Below are positions 1 through 8,965 of a stretch of DNA of 42,622 nucleotides, piece after piece. Both the position numbers and the translations under genes were made by a program. The stretch comes from Bdellovibrionota bacterium (GTDB lineage Bacteria > Bdellovibrionota_C > UBA2361), in NCBI GenBank assembly GCA_044352465.1, contig JBILDU010000012.1:1-42622 (forward strand). The letters are read 5' to 3'. The notes under the pieces were generated by a model. It saw only the letters and a program-made list of their open reading frames with translations, was not told where the DNA came from and searched no databases. Position 1 is the first letter of the stretch. Each line of letters starts with the position of its first letter.

Positions 1-516
1 GGTGGTCAGAATACGGTTCCCAACGTACTTATAAAGCGGCATGCCACCGCGCAGCGCTGCGCCGCGGGTCATCATCCGCGACCCCATCACCATATCGGCT
101 TCCCCGCGCACCAGCGGTTCGAGGAGCCCCGCGAGGCATTCGGGAGCATACTGTCCGTCCCCGTGAACGAGGGCCACGATATCAAAACCACGATCAAGCG
201 CGTATTTGTACCCGACCTTCTGATTCCCCCCGTAACCCTGGTTCTTCTCATTACGGTGGACGGTGAGCTTGGCGATGTTATGCTCGTGTTTGTAGCCGAG
301 CGCAGCGTAGTACCCATTGTCCGTGCTGCAATCATCGACAACAAAGATCTCTTCGACCCGAGCGTACACATCCGCTGGAATACGAGAGATGGTCTTGATA
401 AGGTGGTCGACCGCGTTATACGCGATGATAAACACGCCGATACGCGGCTCAGCGATTTGCTGTTCCGAGCTTCGCTGTTCAGAGACCTGCGTTTTTGAAA
501 TCTGCAGTTCGGTCAT
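1..516 (-). CDS. Glycosyltransferase family 2 (DPM1-like), 5' part only; runs off the window edge
   Basis: Hand translation from ATG 516 (alternative in-frame ATG 534): MTELQ...IGVFIIAYNA...EIFVVDDCSTD...NEKNQGYGGNQKVGY...DIVALVHGDGQYAPE...ADMVMGSR. These are GT2 motifs. The ORF track omits it because there is no stop in the window. Confidence 0.9.
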   Translation of the reverse strand, partial: MTELQISKTQVSEQRSSEQQIAEPRIGVFIIAYNAVDHLIKTISRIPADVYARVEEIFVVDDCSTDNGYYAALGYKHEHNIAKLTVHRNEKNQGYGGNQKVGYKYALDRGFDIVALVHGDGQYAPECLAGLLEPLVRGEADMVMGSRMMTRGAALRGGMPLYKYVGNRILTT

Positions 517-609
517 TGAAGCATCCCGCCCCATGAGTCAGGCCTATCATACCGGAGCGCTCGGCGCGATTTCCGGCATCGCGGTTCTGCTATCCCCCGC
601 AAAGGAGAC

Positions 610-2076
610 TCAATCAGCAGAACCCTCGCGAGCGGTCGCGCGAAATGTCCCTACAAGATCATACCCCGCGACCTCGGTGATTTCAACGGACCCGATGGTG
701 CCGGGCTGTACCGAGCCCACATCCGCCCCTTCGATATCGTTAATTATAACCGTACCATCGACCTCCGGAGCCTGGAACCGGGTCCGGCCGGTAAGAAGCA
801 GGTCGGTTTCCTCGTGCTCGCCCTCAACAAGGACTTCGACCGCAGTTCCGACGAGTGCCTCAAGAGTCTGCTCATTGACCCGCTGCTGGGCCAACATCAG
901 CCGCTCCCGCCGCGCGTCTTTCTCCGCGGCATCGACCTGATCCGCCATATCGTGGGCTGGAGTGCCCGGCTCTGGAGAGTAAGTGAAGATGCCCACGCTC
1001 GAGAAATGGCCCGCCGCAATGAAGTCCTCGAGCTCTCTCACATCGCTCTCGGTCTCACCGGGGAAACCAACGATAAATGTCGTGCGTAACTTAATCTCCG
1101 GCGCGTGACCCCGGATAAACTCAATGATGCTCCGCGGCGAATAACGACCCACCGGACGTTGCATTCTCTTCAGCACCGCCTCGCTTGCATGCTGTAGAGG
1201 CAGATCAAGATACCGACACACGTTTTGAGAACCGGTGATCGCATCGAGAAGGGCGGCGTCGATGCCGATGGGATAGGCGTACAGTAGACGGATCCACGGC
1301 ACCGCACCATCACCATCGAGGCGCTTCAAAAGCGCGGTCAAATCGCCGTTCTTGTGGTCTTTTCCGAAAGAGGTCAGATCTTGGGCCACGAGGTTGACCT
1401 CCTTGACCCCCTGAGCGCCGAGCTCCCGAACTTCACGCGCAACCGAATCGATCGAGCGACTCCGCATCGCTCCGCGGATCTTCGGGATAATACAGAAGGT
1501 ACAGGGTCGATTGCACCCCTCTGACACCTTCACGTAGGCGGTGTGCGAACGGGTCGAGAGATAACGGGGCATCGTATCGTCGTACAAGAAGTACGGTCGC
1601 GCCGCTCCGGCGAGCTCTGAGCCAAACGCAGCACCCGCTGCCTCGCCCACCTTGAGGATGTCATCAACTGAGATAAAAGAGTCGACCTCTGGAATCGTCT
1701 TCTTCAATTCGTCCCGGTATCGCTCAACGAGACATCCGGCCACGATTAGCTTCCGAAGCCGGCCGCGCTCTTTATATTCCGCCACGTTCAAAATCGAGTC
1801 GATGCTTTCCTTCACCGCGCTCTCAAGAAAGGAGCAGGTATTCACGACGGCGACATCGGCGGTCTCCAGATCGGTCACGATCTCATAGCCATTCTTGCGC
1901 AGAACGCCCAACATGACTTCAGAGTCGACCTGATTCTTGGCGCAGCCGAGAGTAATAACCGCCGCCCGCCCCATGAAGACCTCAGGCCCTAGCCCACTAC
2001 CGTCACGCTCAATATTAAGCGCCGGTGTGCGCGAGCATCCCCCACCCTCTTGAACTACCTTCAGTGACGAACTCAT
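610..2076 (-). CDS. rimO: Ribosomal protein S12 methylthiotransferase RimO
   Basis: ITLGCAKNQVDSE, NTCSFLESA..ES, radical SAM CxxxCxxC (CNRPCTFCIIP), C-terminal TRAM with QAPEVDG. GGGAG precedes ATG 2076; alternative start ATG 1974. Confidence 0.95.
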   Translation of the reverse strand: MSSSLKVVQEGGGCSRTPALNIERDGSGLGPEVFMGRAAVITLGCAKNQVDSEVMLGVLRKNGYEIVTDLETADVAVVNTCSFLESAVKESIDSILNVAEYKERGRLRKLIVAGCLVERYRDELKKTIPEVDSFISVDDILKVGEAAGAAFGSELAGAARPYFLYDDTMPRYLSTRSHTAYVKVSEGCNRPCTFCIIPKIRGAMRSRSIDSVAREVRELGAQGVKEVNLVAQDLTSFGKDHKNGDLTALLKRLDGDGAVPWIRLLYAYPIGIDAALLDAITGSQNVCRYLDLPLQHASEAVLKRMQRPVGRYSPRSIIEFIRGHAPEIKLRTTFIVGFPGETESDVRELEDFIAAGHFSSVGIFTYSPEPGTPAHDMADQVDAAEKDARRERLMLAQQRVNEQTLEALVGTAVEVLVEGEHEETDLLLTGRTRFQAPEVDGTVIINDIEGADVGSVQPGTIGSVEITEVAGYDLVGTFRATAREGSAD

Positions 2077-2089
2077 ACCGCTACGCTCC

Positions 2090-2809
2090 CTATTTCGCTC
2101 TCTGATCGTTTATGTCGGTCCCTGCAGGAAATTCCGCCTTGAAAAGCGAGTCAGCTACATCAAGGTTCGGTTTTCGATCGGTCAAAAAAATCGTCGTCTC
2201 GTTTCCCCCGACGTCGACTACCCGCGCCCCAATGGGCAAACGCTTCTCGTCTACTTTGAGTATAAACCCCTTCAACCCCTCATCCGATCCGGCACCTCTG
2301 GGGCGTAGCTCAAAAACGACTCCGGCACCATCAACGCACGCCCGCGCAACTTCGAACTTATCACTGAGCCCGCCCAGCCCCATCAGAAACGCCACCGGCA
2401 GATCGGAGATCAACACATCGCGAAACTCATCGATCAAAACCTGCTTTGCTTCGGGTTGATAGAACCATACGGTGGTGTCGCGCACTAAAAAGGTCTGCGA
2501 CTCCGGCGAGCGGTAATCCCACCGCATCCTGCCCGGCTTTACAAACACCATCTCCCCAGAGCTACGCTCCGAGACGTCAAGCGCGGCCATGTAAGAGTCT
2601 TGGACGAAAGCGGCGCGCAGAGTCTGCAGTCCCTGATACGACGACTCCACTTCGCCCAAAAGCTTCTGTGCTACCGCTGGAACTGTCGGCTCACCCCGAC
2701 ACTCGAACTGGTCCTGCCCCACCGCGAGCGCGGTGCTGGCACCCGAGGCAACAGTAATGAACGCGCCAACGAGCGCCGGGAAACAAGCCGTTCTGAGCCG
2801 ATTGAACAT
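2090..2809 (-). CDS. lolA: Outer-membrane lipoprotein carrier protein LolA
   Basis: Signal peptide; motif A-F-V-Q...SGEMVFVKPGRMRWDYRSPESQ; position directly after ftsK is typical. Confidence 0.88.
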   Translation of the reverse strand: MFNRLRTACFPALVGAFITVASGASTALAVGQDQFECRGEPTVPAVAQKLLGEVESSYQGLQTLRAAFVQDSYMAALDVSERSSGEMVFVKPGRMRWDYRSPESQTFLVRDTTVWFYQPEAKQVLIDEFRDVLISDLPVAFLMGLGGLSDKFEVARACVDGAGVVFELRPRGAGSDEGLKGFILKVDEKRLPIGARVVDVGGNETTIFLTDRKPNLDVADSLFKAEFPAGTDINDQRAK

Positions 2810-3060
2810 ACCGCCCTAGGCTAGAGGAAATTCAAATCTTTCGCAAATCTGAGGGGTTAGCCAATCTTCTGAAGCTCGCGTAACAACGAAGAGAACAGCT
2901 CGCTACGAACTAAGGTGGCGTAACAAAATGAGGTTTTTATTGGTCTCGGCGCTCCACTATCCACCGCCAGGGAACGACCACCGCGACCGAAAACGTTCCT
3001 GGGAATGTCTCGGCCGTACGGGGTGGCGCTACGAGAACCGACAAGAGAACACCGCCTCCG

Positions 3061-5709
3061 TCAACTCTCGGGCTGTTCCTCGCCTCCGCGTGGCGCGATG
3101 ACGTCGCGGGGCTTTGCACCGTCCATTGGCCCCACCACACCTTCGCGCTCCATCATATCGATGATCCGCGCAGCACGGTTGTAGCCGATACGAAAAGCCC
3201 GTTGCAGCATTGAGGTTGAAGCCTGCCCCTTCTCCATAACAAGCTCGAGCGCCCGATCATAAATAGCGTCGTACTCATCCTCGTCGAGCAAAAGATCTTT
3301 CGTCTGACTGTTTTCAGACTCCTCCACGAGCGCCTTATCGCACATCTCGATGATTCGCTGATCGTAACGAGGCTTGTGCGCCTTCTTTAACGCATCCATC
3401 ACCCGCTTCACCTCAGCATCGGAGACGAACGCCCCGTGCACCCGCTTCAAGGCCTCTGCCCCGGGGGCCATGAACAACATATCGCCTCGACCGAGAAGTT
3501 TCTCTGCGCCCATCGAATCAAGGATCGTGCGCGAATCGATCCGGCTTGAGACGCGGAAAGAAAGTCGGGCCGGGAAGTTCGCCTTAATCAGACCGGTGAT
3601 AACATCGACGGAGGGGCGTTGAGTAGCGAGTATAAGATGAATACCCGATGCCCGCGCCTTCTGCGCAAGCCGGGTGATAAGCTCCTCAATATCACGGCCA
3701 ACGGTGAGCATAAGGTCAGCCAACTCATCGATGACGATGACTATCTTTGGAAGCGGCTCAAGCTTCTCATGAAAATCAGCTTTCTCCTCCTCCGCGGCAT
3801 CGCCTCCGCCCTCAACCGGAAGCGCTGGCTCGATAGTTCCTCCCTCGAGGACCTCTGCCTCCGAGAGCTCGATTACCTCGGTCTCTTTCGGGAGTGCTCC
3901 ATCTGGGGATTCATCTCCCCTGACGACGCGGTTATACCCATCGATGTTACGAACACCGAACTTCTGCATCAAGCGGTAGCGCCGATTCATCTCGTTGACG
4001 GCCCACTCCAACACGGCTTTGGCTTGGCGAGGGACGGTGACGACCGGCACCCGCAAATGGGGAATGTCTTCGTAGATGCTCAACTCGAGGATCTTCGGAT
4101 CGATGAGAATGAGCCCCAACTCCTCCGGACTGGCGCGGTAGAGGAGGCTTAGAAGGAGCGTATTGATACACACCGACTTACCGGTACCGGTTGCACCGGC
4201 CATGAGAAGGTGCGGCATCGTGGCGATATCAACCACAACGGGATCCCCGTACGTATCCTTGCCGATGGCCACAGCCAGCGCTGAGTCGGCCGTCAAAAAA
4301 GCTTCGCTTTCAAGGCAATCGCGGAGGCGGACAATATCGCGATTTTTATTCGGCACCTCGATACCCACCGTGCCCCGTTTCGGTATCGGTGCGATAATCC
4401 GTATCGAGCTCGCGCGAAGACTCATCGCCAAATCATCTTGAAGTGCGGCGATCTTCCCCACCTTCACGCCAGGTGCCGGCTCGAACTCGAACAAGGTAAT
4501 GACCGGCCCGGGATGAACCTGCGTCACTTTGCCAAGGATACTAAAATCGCGGAGCTTGCTCTCGATCTGCCGCGACTTCTCAAGTAGCTCATCGTCGTTC
4601 TCACTTCCCACTCCAGGCTCTCCGGGCGTGAGGAGCGCCACGTCAGGGAGTTCATAGGGGGGATAATTTGAAGGGGTCTCATCGGGCTCGGGAGGCTCAA
4701 CCTTCCGAATCTTCTTCACCTCAGCGCGAGACTCGCCAACGTCACGACGCTTCACCACAACGTGAGAGAAAGGCTCATCACTCGGCGCTGTTACAGGCAC
4801 GACCTCCTTCTCAACCGCCGCCTCAATTTTCGAAACGGGGGGTGCGACCTCGCCCGCTGACGGGTCGCGCGAGGGCTTGGTGCTCTTTGCCTTGAGCCCT
4901 ACCGGCACACCATCTTCCGCTGCGCTCATTGGGACAGGATCTCGATCACGAAGAGAGCGACGACTTCGCTCCGGCTCGACGTCAGTGACCCGCCGTACCT
5001 CCGCCGTGCGGGCGGATATGCCCCGCATCCCACTCCCAATCGACCGATGGAGGTATCCGAGCGTCTTGAGCAAGGCGAGCGGGGTCTGAATAAAACAGAA
5101 CCGCGCCACTATTCGCACGTAGCGGAGACCTCGGGCGACGAGTTCAACAACGCTCAGACGCGACGCGAGCGATGCTGAAAAAAGAAGGAACGCCAACGCA
5201 ACAAGGGCAGCACCGGCGGTGTTTCCCATCCGAATGAGCGGCTGAGCGATAAACTGGCCAACTAAACCACCACCGCGCTCGCCAAAAACAACCGAACCCA
5301 TCGTGGCAGCGCTGACGATGACACTCAACAAGCCCGCGAGTCCCACGAGAACTCCACGAACCGAAATCGGCTCGCTCTTCACCCCTCGCTCCTCCCGTTC
5401 GTCGTGCCCCCACCAATAGAGCGACCTTAGGAGCGCCCAGAAGACCGGTACCAACGCACACCAACCGAAGAATCCGGCGAGCATGGTTCCGGTAAAATGG
5501 CCGAGGGGACCGAGAAGATTCATCCCCGCATTTTCTGATGCTCGGGTAACTTCAAAAGAGATAAAGCTCACACACAGGAACACCGCAAGCGCGAGGAAGG
5601 CTACCGCGAGCGCTTCATCAAGGAGCCCCCCGTGGGTTAACGAGGCGAGATCCTTCGCCACCGACTTTTGGCTTTTCTTTCGACTGGAGGAGGGACGACG
5701 CTTCGACAT
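3061..5709 (-). CDS. ftsK: DNA translocase FtsK/SpoIIIE
   Basis: N-terminal TM region; HLLMAGATGTGKS (Walker A), IVIDELADLM (Walker B), LATQRPSVDVITG; gamma domain ASTSMLQRAFRIGYNRAARIID. Confidence 0.97.
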   Translation of the reverse strand: MSKRRPSSSRKKSQKSVAKDLASLTHGGLLDEALAVAFLALAVFLCVSFISFEVTRASENAGMNLLGPLGHFTGTMLAGFFGWCALVPVFWALLRSLYWWGHDEREERGVKSEPISVRGVLVGLAGLLSVIVSAATMGSVVFGERGGGLVGQFIAQPLIRMGNTAGAALVALAFLLFSASLASRLSVVELVARGLRYVRIVARFCFIQTPLALLKTLGYLHRSIGSGMRGISARTAEVRRVTDVEPERSRRSLRDRDPVPMSAAEDGVPVGLKAKSTKPSRDPSAGEVAPPVSKIEAAVEKEVVPVTAPSDEPFSHVVVKRRDVGESRAEVKKIRKVEPPEPDETPSNYPPYELPDVALLTPGEPGVGSENDDELLEKSRQIESKLRDFSILGKVTQVHPGPVITLFEFEPAPGVKVGKIAALQDDLAMSLRASSIRIIAPIPKRGTVGIEVPNKNRDIVRLRDCLESEAFLTADSALAVAIGKDTYGDPVVVDIATMPHLLMAGATGTGKSVCINTLLLSLLYRASPEELGLILIDPKILELSIYEDIPHLRVPVVTVPRQAKAVLEWAVNEMNRRYRLMQKFGVRNIDGYNRVVRGDESPDGALPKETEVIELSEAEVLEGGTIEPALPVEGGGDAAEEEKADFHEKLEPLPKIVIVIDELADLMLTVGRDIEELITRLAQKARASGIHLILATQRPSVDVITGLIKANFPARLSFRVSSRIDSRTILDSMGAEKLLGRGDMLFMAPGAEALKRVHGAFVSDAEVKRVMDALKKAHKPRYDQRIIEMCDKALVEESENSQTKDLLLDEDEYDAIYDRALELVMEKGQASTSMLQRAFRIGYNRAARIIDMMEREGVVGPMDGAKPRDVIAPRGGEEQPES

Positions 5710-5966
5710 CGGAAACCTTGGTTACAACTAACCGCACTCCGCGGGGACTTACGCCCGACAGATAAGAAACGGCTTTATAAAACGACACAGTATCGTACCG
5801 CGGGGGATCTAGAAACTGGGAAAATGAGCGGCCAAGGGGTTCTCGAGCTGAGACACGCTAGCACTGTACGAGGCTAACCCCCGAGCTGGGGCGAAAATTA
5901 AGTGAGGTCTCCCGGTGAGCCAGACAGCTCCCCGAGGTAAGGACACAGCCCCTCTACACCGCCTCC

Positions 5967-6632
5967 CTAACGTCGAAACGTCCCTGCCCTTGCCTGGGCA
6001 AGCTCACGCCCAGCCGCCGAGAACCCGTTCGCCAAAATCTCTTGGGCTGACGCAAAGCGACCTATCGAACCAGCCTCGAAGCGGGCACGGAGATTAAACA
6101 CGTTGTCGGAGACCGGCTCATCTGTGTAGTGGTAGGTGGCTCCCCAAATATCAGCCCCAGAGTCAGCTCGAACAACCCGCATCGAGAAGTCGACGGTCGC
6201 TGGGCGATCGGCTCCCAAGGCGGTCCCGTCCCGCTCCACAAACTGATGAACTGTGGTAATAAGCACACCATCGACACCTAACCGACGGGCGACCACTCGA
6301 GGATCGAGATGCCGAGCCTCTGGAATATCCTTCTCCACGGCGCTCGGCGAAATCACTTTAAAGTCGGACTCACGCGCGAAAGCCGCGCCGAGCTCCCGGT
6401 CGGCTCTCTCGCGAACCTCATCGCCAAGGAGCCGCACCTTTTGCTCATAACGAACCGGCAGGAGCACTAACGAACTCAACCTCACAAACTCGTTTGGATT
6501 ACCCGCCCGCGTCACCAGACTGGGGGACGTCCGCATTGAGGGCACCAAAGGGCGCGCTCCCCCCGCGCACCCCCCGAGGACCAAAACAAAGAGGCCGAAA
6601 CAACAAACCGCGAGCCACGAACGAACAACCAT
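5967..6632 (-). CDS. Putative lipoprotein of unknown function (alpha/beta fold, possibly LpoB/DUF799-like)
   Basis: ATG 6632 preceded by GAAGGAG; hydrophobic stretch ending in lipobox-like LGGC. Family assignment is tentative. Confidence 0.7.
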   Translation of the reverse strand: MVVRSWLAVCCFGLFVLVLGGCAGGARPLVPSMRTSPSLVTRAGNPNEFVRLSSLVLLPVRYEQKVRLLGDEVRERADRELGAAFARESDFKVISPSAVEKDIPEARHLDPRVVARRLGVDGVLITTVHQFVERDGTALGADRPATVDFSMRVVRADSGADIWGATYHYTDEPVSDNVFNLRARFEAGSIGRFASAQEILANGFSAAGRELAQARAGTFRR

Positions 6633-6916
6633 TCCTATCTCCTTCACATCACCCCACCCGAGTGTATTGAACACTCTAATCACTGTACAGCACAGATCCA
6701 TCGATAAAGCCATGATGGGGAACGCCGAGCCCACCTTAGTTTTGCTGACTTTGAGGCCTTCAGAGCAAGTGCGAATACCTTGACGCCCCCCATCGTACTC
6801 CCCAGGGCACCACTGTCCCCAACCATCCCGTTCGCTCTTGCTTTTGTCAGCAAAATGGAATTACCTATCCAAGGCGTTCGGCGGTATCAAATATTATTTT
6901 TGTCTGTCGAATCGAT

Positions 6917-6925
6917 TGCTATAAT
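6917..6925 (+). promoter_or_regulatory. Extended -10 sigma70 promoter (TGCTATAAT) for the acidic protein gene
   Basis: Perfect TGnTATAAT with an AT-rich tract upstream, ~150 nt before ATG 7074. Confidence 0.65.
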
Positions 6926-7073
6926 CATCTAGTCTTACGATGAGTGAGAGGGCACCTCTCCTCTGGTGTCGCTTCCCCTCGCCCTATCAGTTTTCACCAC
7001 ACGAGGGGTTGAGCGGGACAGCGACTGGATGCGAAGTAAAAAGGTGCGAATCGAGGAGCGATTAGGATTTCCT

Positions 7074-7562
7074 ATGACGAGCAAGGCGGCGGAAAAGATC
7101 ATCGAGGCATTAACCCAACTCATGGAGGGTTATTGCGAGCTTCAAGAAGCTGTCGAAAACGATTACGGCGCCGCCGAAGCGGGCGACGATGATGAGGGGG
7201 GTGAGCTCAACGCTGAGGCTGATGCCGCCCTGGTTACTGAGGTCCGCGCGGCTATTGAGGCGGTGCTGGAAGCAGAGGACTACACTCCTGACGAGCTCGG
7301 CTCAATCATTTCAACCCTTACCGATGCGCTCGAAGAGATTGACCCCGACGTCTTTGAGAAGCAGGTCGAGGGCGACGACGATGACGATGATGATGATGAC
7401 GACTACGAAGAGGAAGACGGCGACGACTACGAGGAGGAGGGCTACGAAGAGGAGGAGTCCCCTCGCGGTGGAAAGAAGAAGCGCCCCCTCGAAGAAGATG
7501 AGGATGAAGCGGAGGAGGAAGACGAGGACGACGATAAGCCGAAGCGGCCTCGGAAGCGGTAA
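7074..7562 (+). CDS. Highly acidic hypothetical protein (162 aa) with basic clusters near the C-terminus
   Basis: ATG 7074 after AGGA; helical N-terminal ~95 aa, then poly-D/E with YEEE x3, GGKKKRP and KPKRPRKR; has its own promoter and terminator. Confidence 0.8.
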   Translation: MTSKAAEKIIEALTQLMEGYCELQEAVENDYGAAEAGDDDEGGELNAEADAALVTEVRAAIEAVLEAEDYTPDELGSIISTLTDALEEIDPDVFEKQVEGDDDDDDDDDDYEEEDGDDYEEEGYEEEESPRGGKKKRPLEEDEDEAEEEDEDDDKPKRPRKR

Positions 7563-7642
7563 AGTATTATGCCGTGCTGGCTTACGGGGCTCGGGCGGCT
7601 TCGAAACCGCCCCAACCTCAGCCACAACGGGTGATCCGCGAT

Positions 7643-7675
7643 AAAAAAAGCCGCCCCTCGTCGGGCGGCTTTTTT
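7643..7675. terminator. Bidirectional intrinsic terminator
   Basis: AAAAAAAGCCGCCC-CTCGTC-GGGCGGCTTTTTT between convergent genes. Confidence 0.88.
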
Positions 7676-7747
7676 ATAATCTACAACGTCAATGAATTCG
7701 CCGGTGAAGCGAAAACATCGAAATCTTGCCCACAAATCGAGAGAGAC

Positions 7748-8965
7748 TCACGCCACCAGGCGAAACTCCGCCCACGACTGTAGCGGATAACGGGCCACAG
7801 TCCGCTCGATCTCCTGCCGCGTAACCCCGCGTACCCGATCGATCACCTCCGATAACGGCTGCACGTGGTGACGAGCGTTCCACGACATGCCGAGACCCAT
7901 CATCCGCCCCATCGGCAACTCCCCACCTAATACAATCTTTGAGATTACCTTGGTCTTCGCGCGTTCCAGATCAGCGACGGAGAAATCGAGGGGGGCGGAA
8001 ACGATCGCACGCAGTTTCGCCGCCACGGTGTCGAGTTTGTCCGGGGTTGTGCAGGCATACGCCATGAAGGTCCCGGTACCATCGCGCTCGTCGTTATCAG
8101 CATCGGCCGATTCGGCGAGCCCAGAATCAACGAGCTCCCAATAGAGCTTCGAGCCGGTCGAGTCCCCCAAGATCAAAGCTAGAATGCCCATCGCGTAGCG
8201 CTCATCTTCACCGGAGTGCGCCCCCTCAGTGAGCAAAACAACGTGAGACTGAGCGATATTCGGCTTGCGGTACTCCTTAAAGAGCGGCTGCGCGTGATGC
8301 AGCGGACGCTCCCGCACCGCCGGGAAATCGACCCAGTGGCCACACCAACGCTCCGCGTCGCTTACGAAAGCGTTCCAGTCAACATTGCCGGTACCCACGA
8401 GGACAATATTACTCGGCGAATAGCGCCGGTCGAAGTACGACCGCATCTCGGGCTGCTCCAGCGCCCCGATGGACTCCGTCGAGCCGAGCACCGAATTCCC
8501 GGCCGGATGGCGCCCGTAGTAGTCAGCCATTGCCCGCTCAAAGAGGTAAAAATGGGGCCGATCTTGATACAGGGCGATCTCCTCAAGGATCACCTTCTTT
8601 TCAGTCGCAAACTCCTGGGGGTCGATCGAGGGGCGCAGCATATCGGCGAGGATCCCGTGCATCTCCCGAAAATACTCCGGCAGGACCGCAGCGTAATACA
8701 CCGTGTTCTCCTCCGAGGTGAATGCGTTCGCCTGCGCTCCGATCTTACCCAACGCATAGGTGAGCTCGAGCGCATTTCGGTTGCCGGTCCCCTTAAACAT
8801 CATGTGCTCAAGGAAGTGGGATACGCCGGCCTCTTTAACGGTTTCATCCCGCGACCCGGTCTTCACAAAGAAACCGATCGCGCAGCTCTTCGCCGCCGAA
8901 TTGATCTCGCCGATTATCTTCAAACCGTTCGAAAGACGGTGCTCAAGTATCTTACTCGTCGTCAT
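7748..8965 (-). CDS. M16 (pitrilysin/MPP-like) zinc peptidase, catalytic subunit
   Basis: HXXEH motif GVSHFLEHMMFKGT; NAFTSEENTVYY; EKKVILEEI. Confidence 0.92.
   Translation of the reverse strand: MTTSKILEHRLSNGLKIIGEINSAAKSCAIGFFVKTGSRDETVKEAGVSHFLEHMMFKGTGNRNALELTYALGKIGAQANAFTSEENTVYYAAVLPEYFREMHGILADMLRPSIDPQEFATEKKVILEEIALYQDRPHFYLFERAMADYYGRHPAGNSVLGSTESIGALEQPEMRSYFDRRYSPSNIVLVGTGNVDWNAFVSDAERWCGHWVDFPAVRERPLHHAQPLFKEYRKPNIAQSHVVLLTEGAHSGEDERYAMGILALILGDSTGSKLYWELVDSGLAESADADNDERDGTGTFMAYACTTPDKLDTVAAKLRAIVSAPLDFSVADLERAKTKVISKIVLGGELPMGRMMGLGMSWNARHHVQPLSEVIDRVRGVTRQEIERTVARYPLQSWAEFRLVA

Noticed and set aside
5710..5966. 257-nt gap upstream of ftsK as a possible ncRNA or riboswitch
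   Set aside because: Only short, weak stems and no recognisable family motif.
7372..7535. GAC/GAT/GAG triplet-rich low-complexity DNA
   Set aside because: Fully explained by the poly-Asp/Glu coding of the acidic protein; not an independent repeat.
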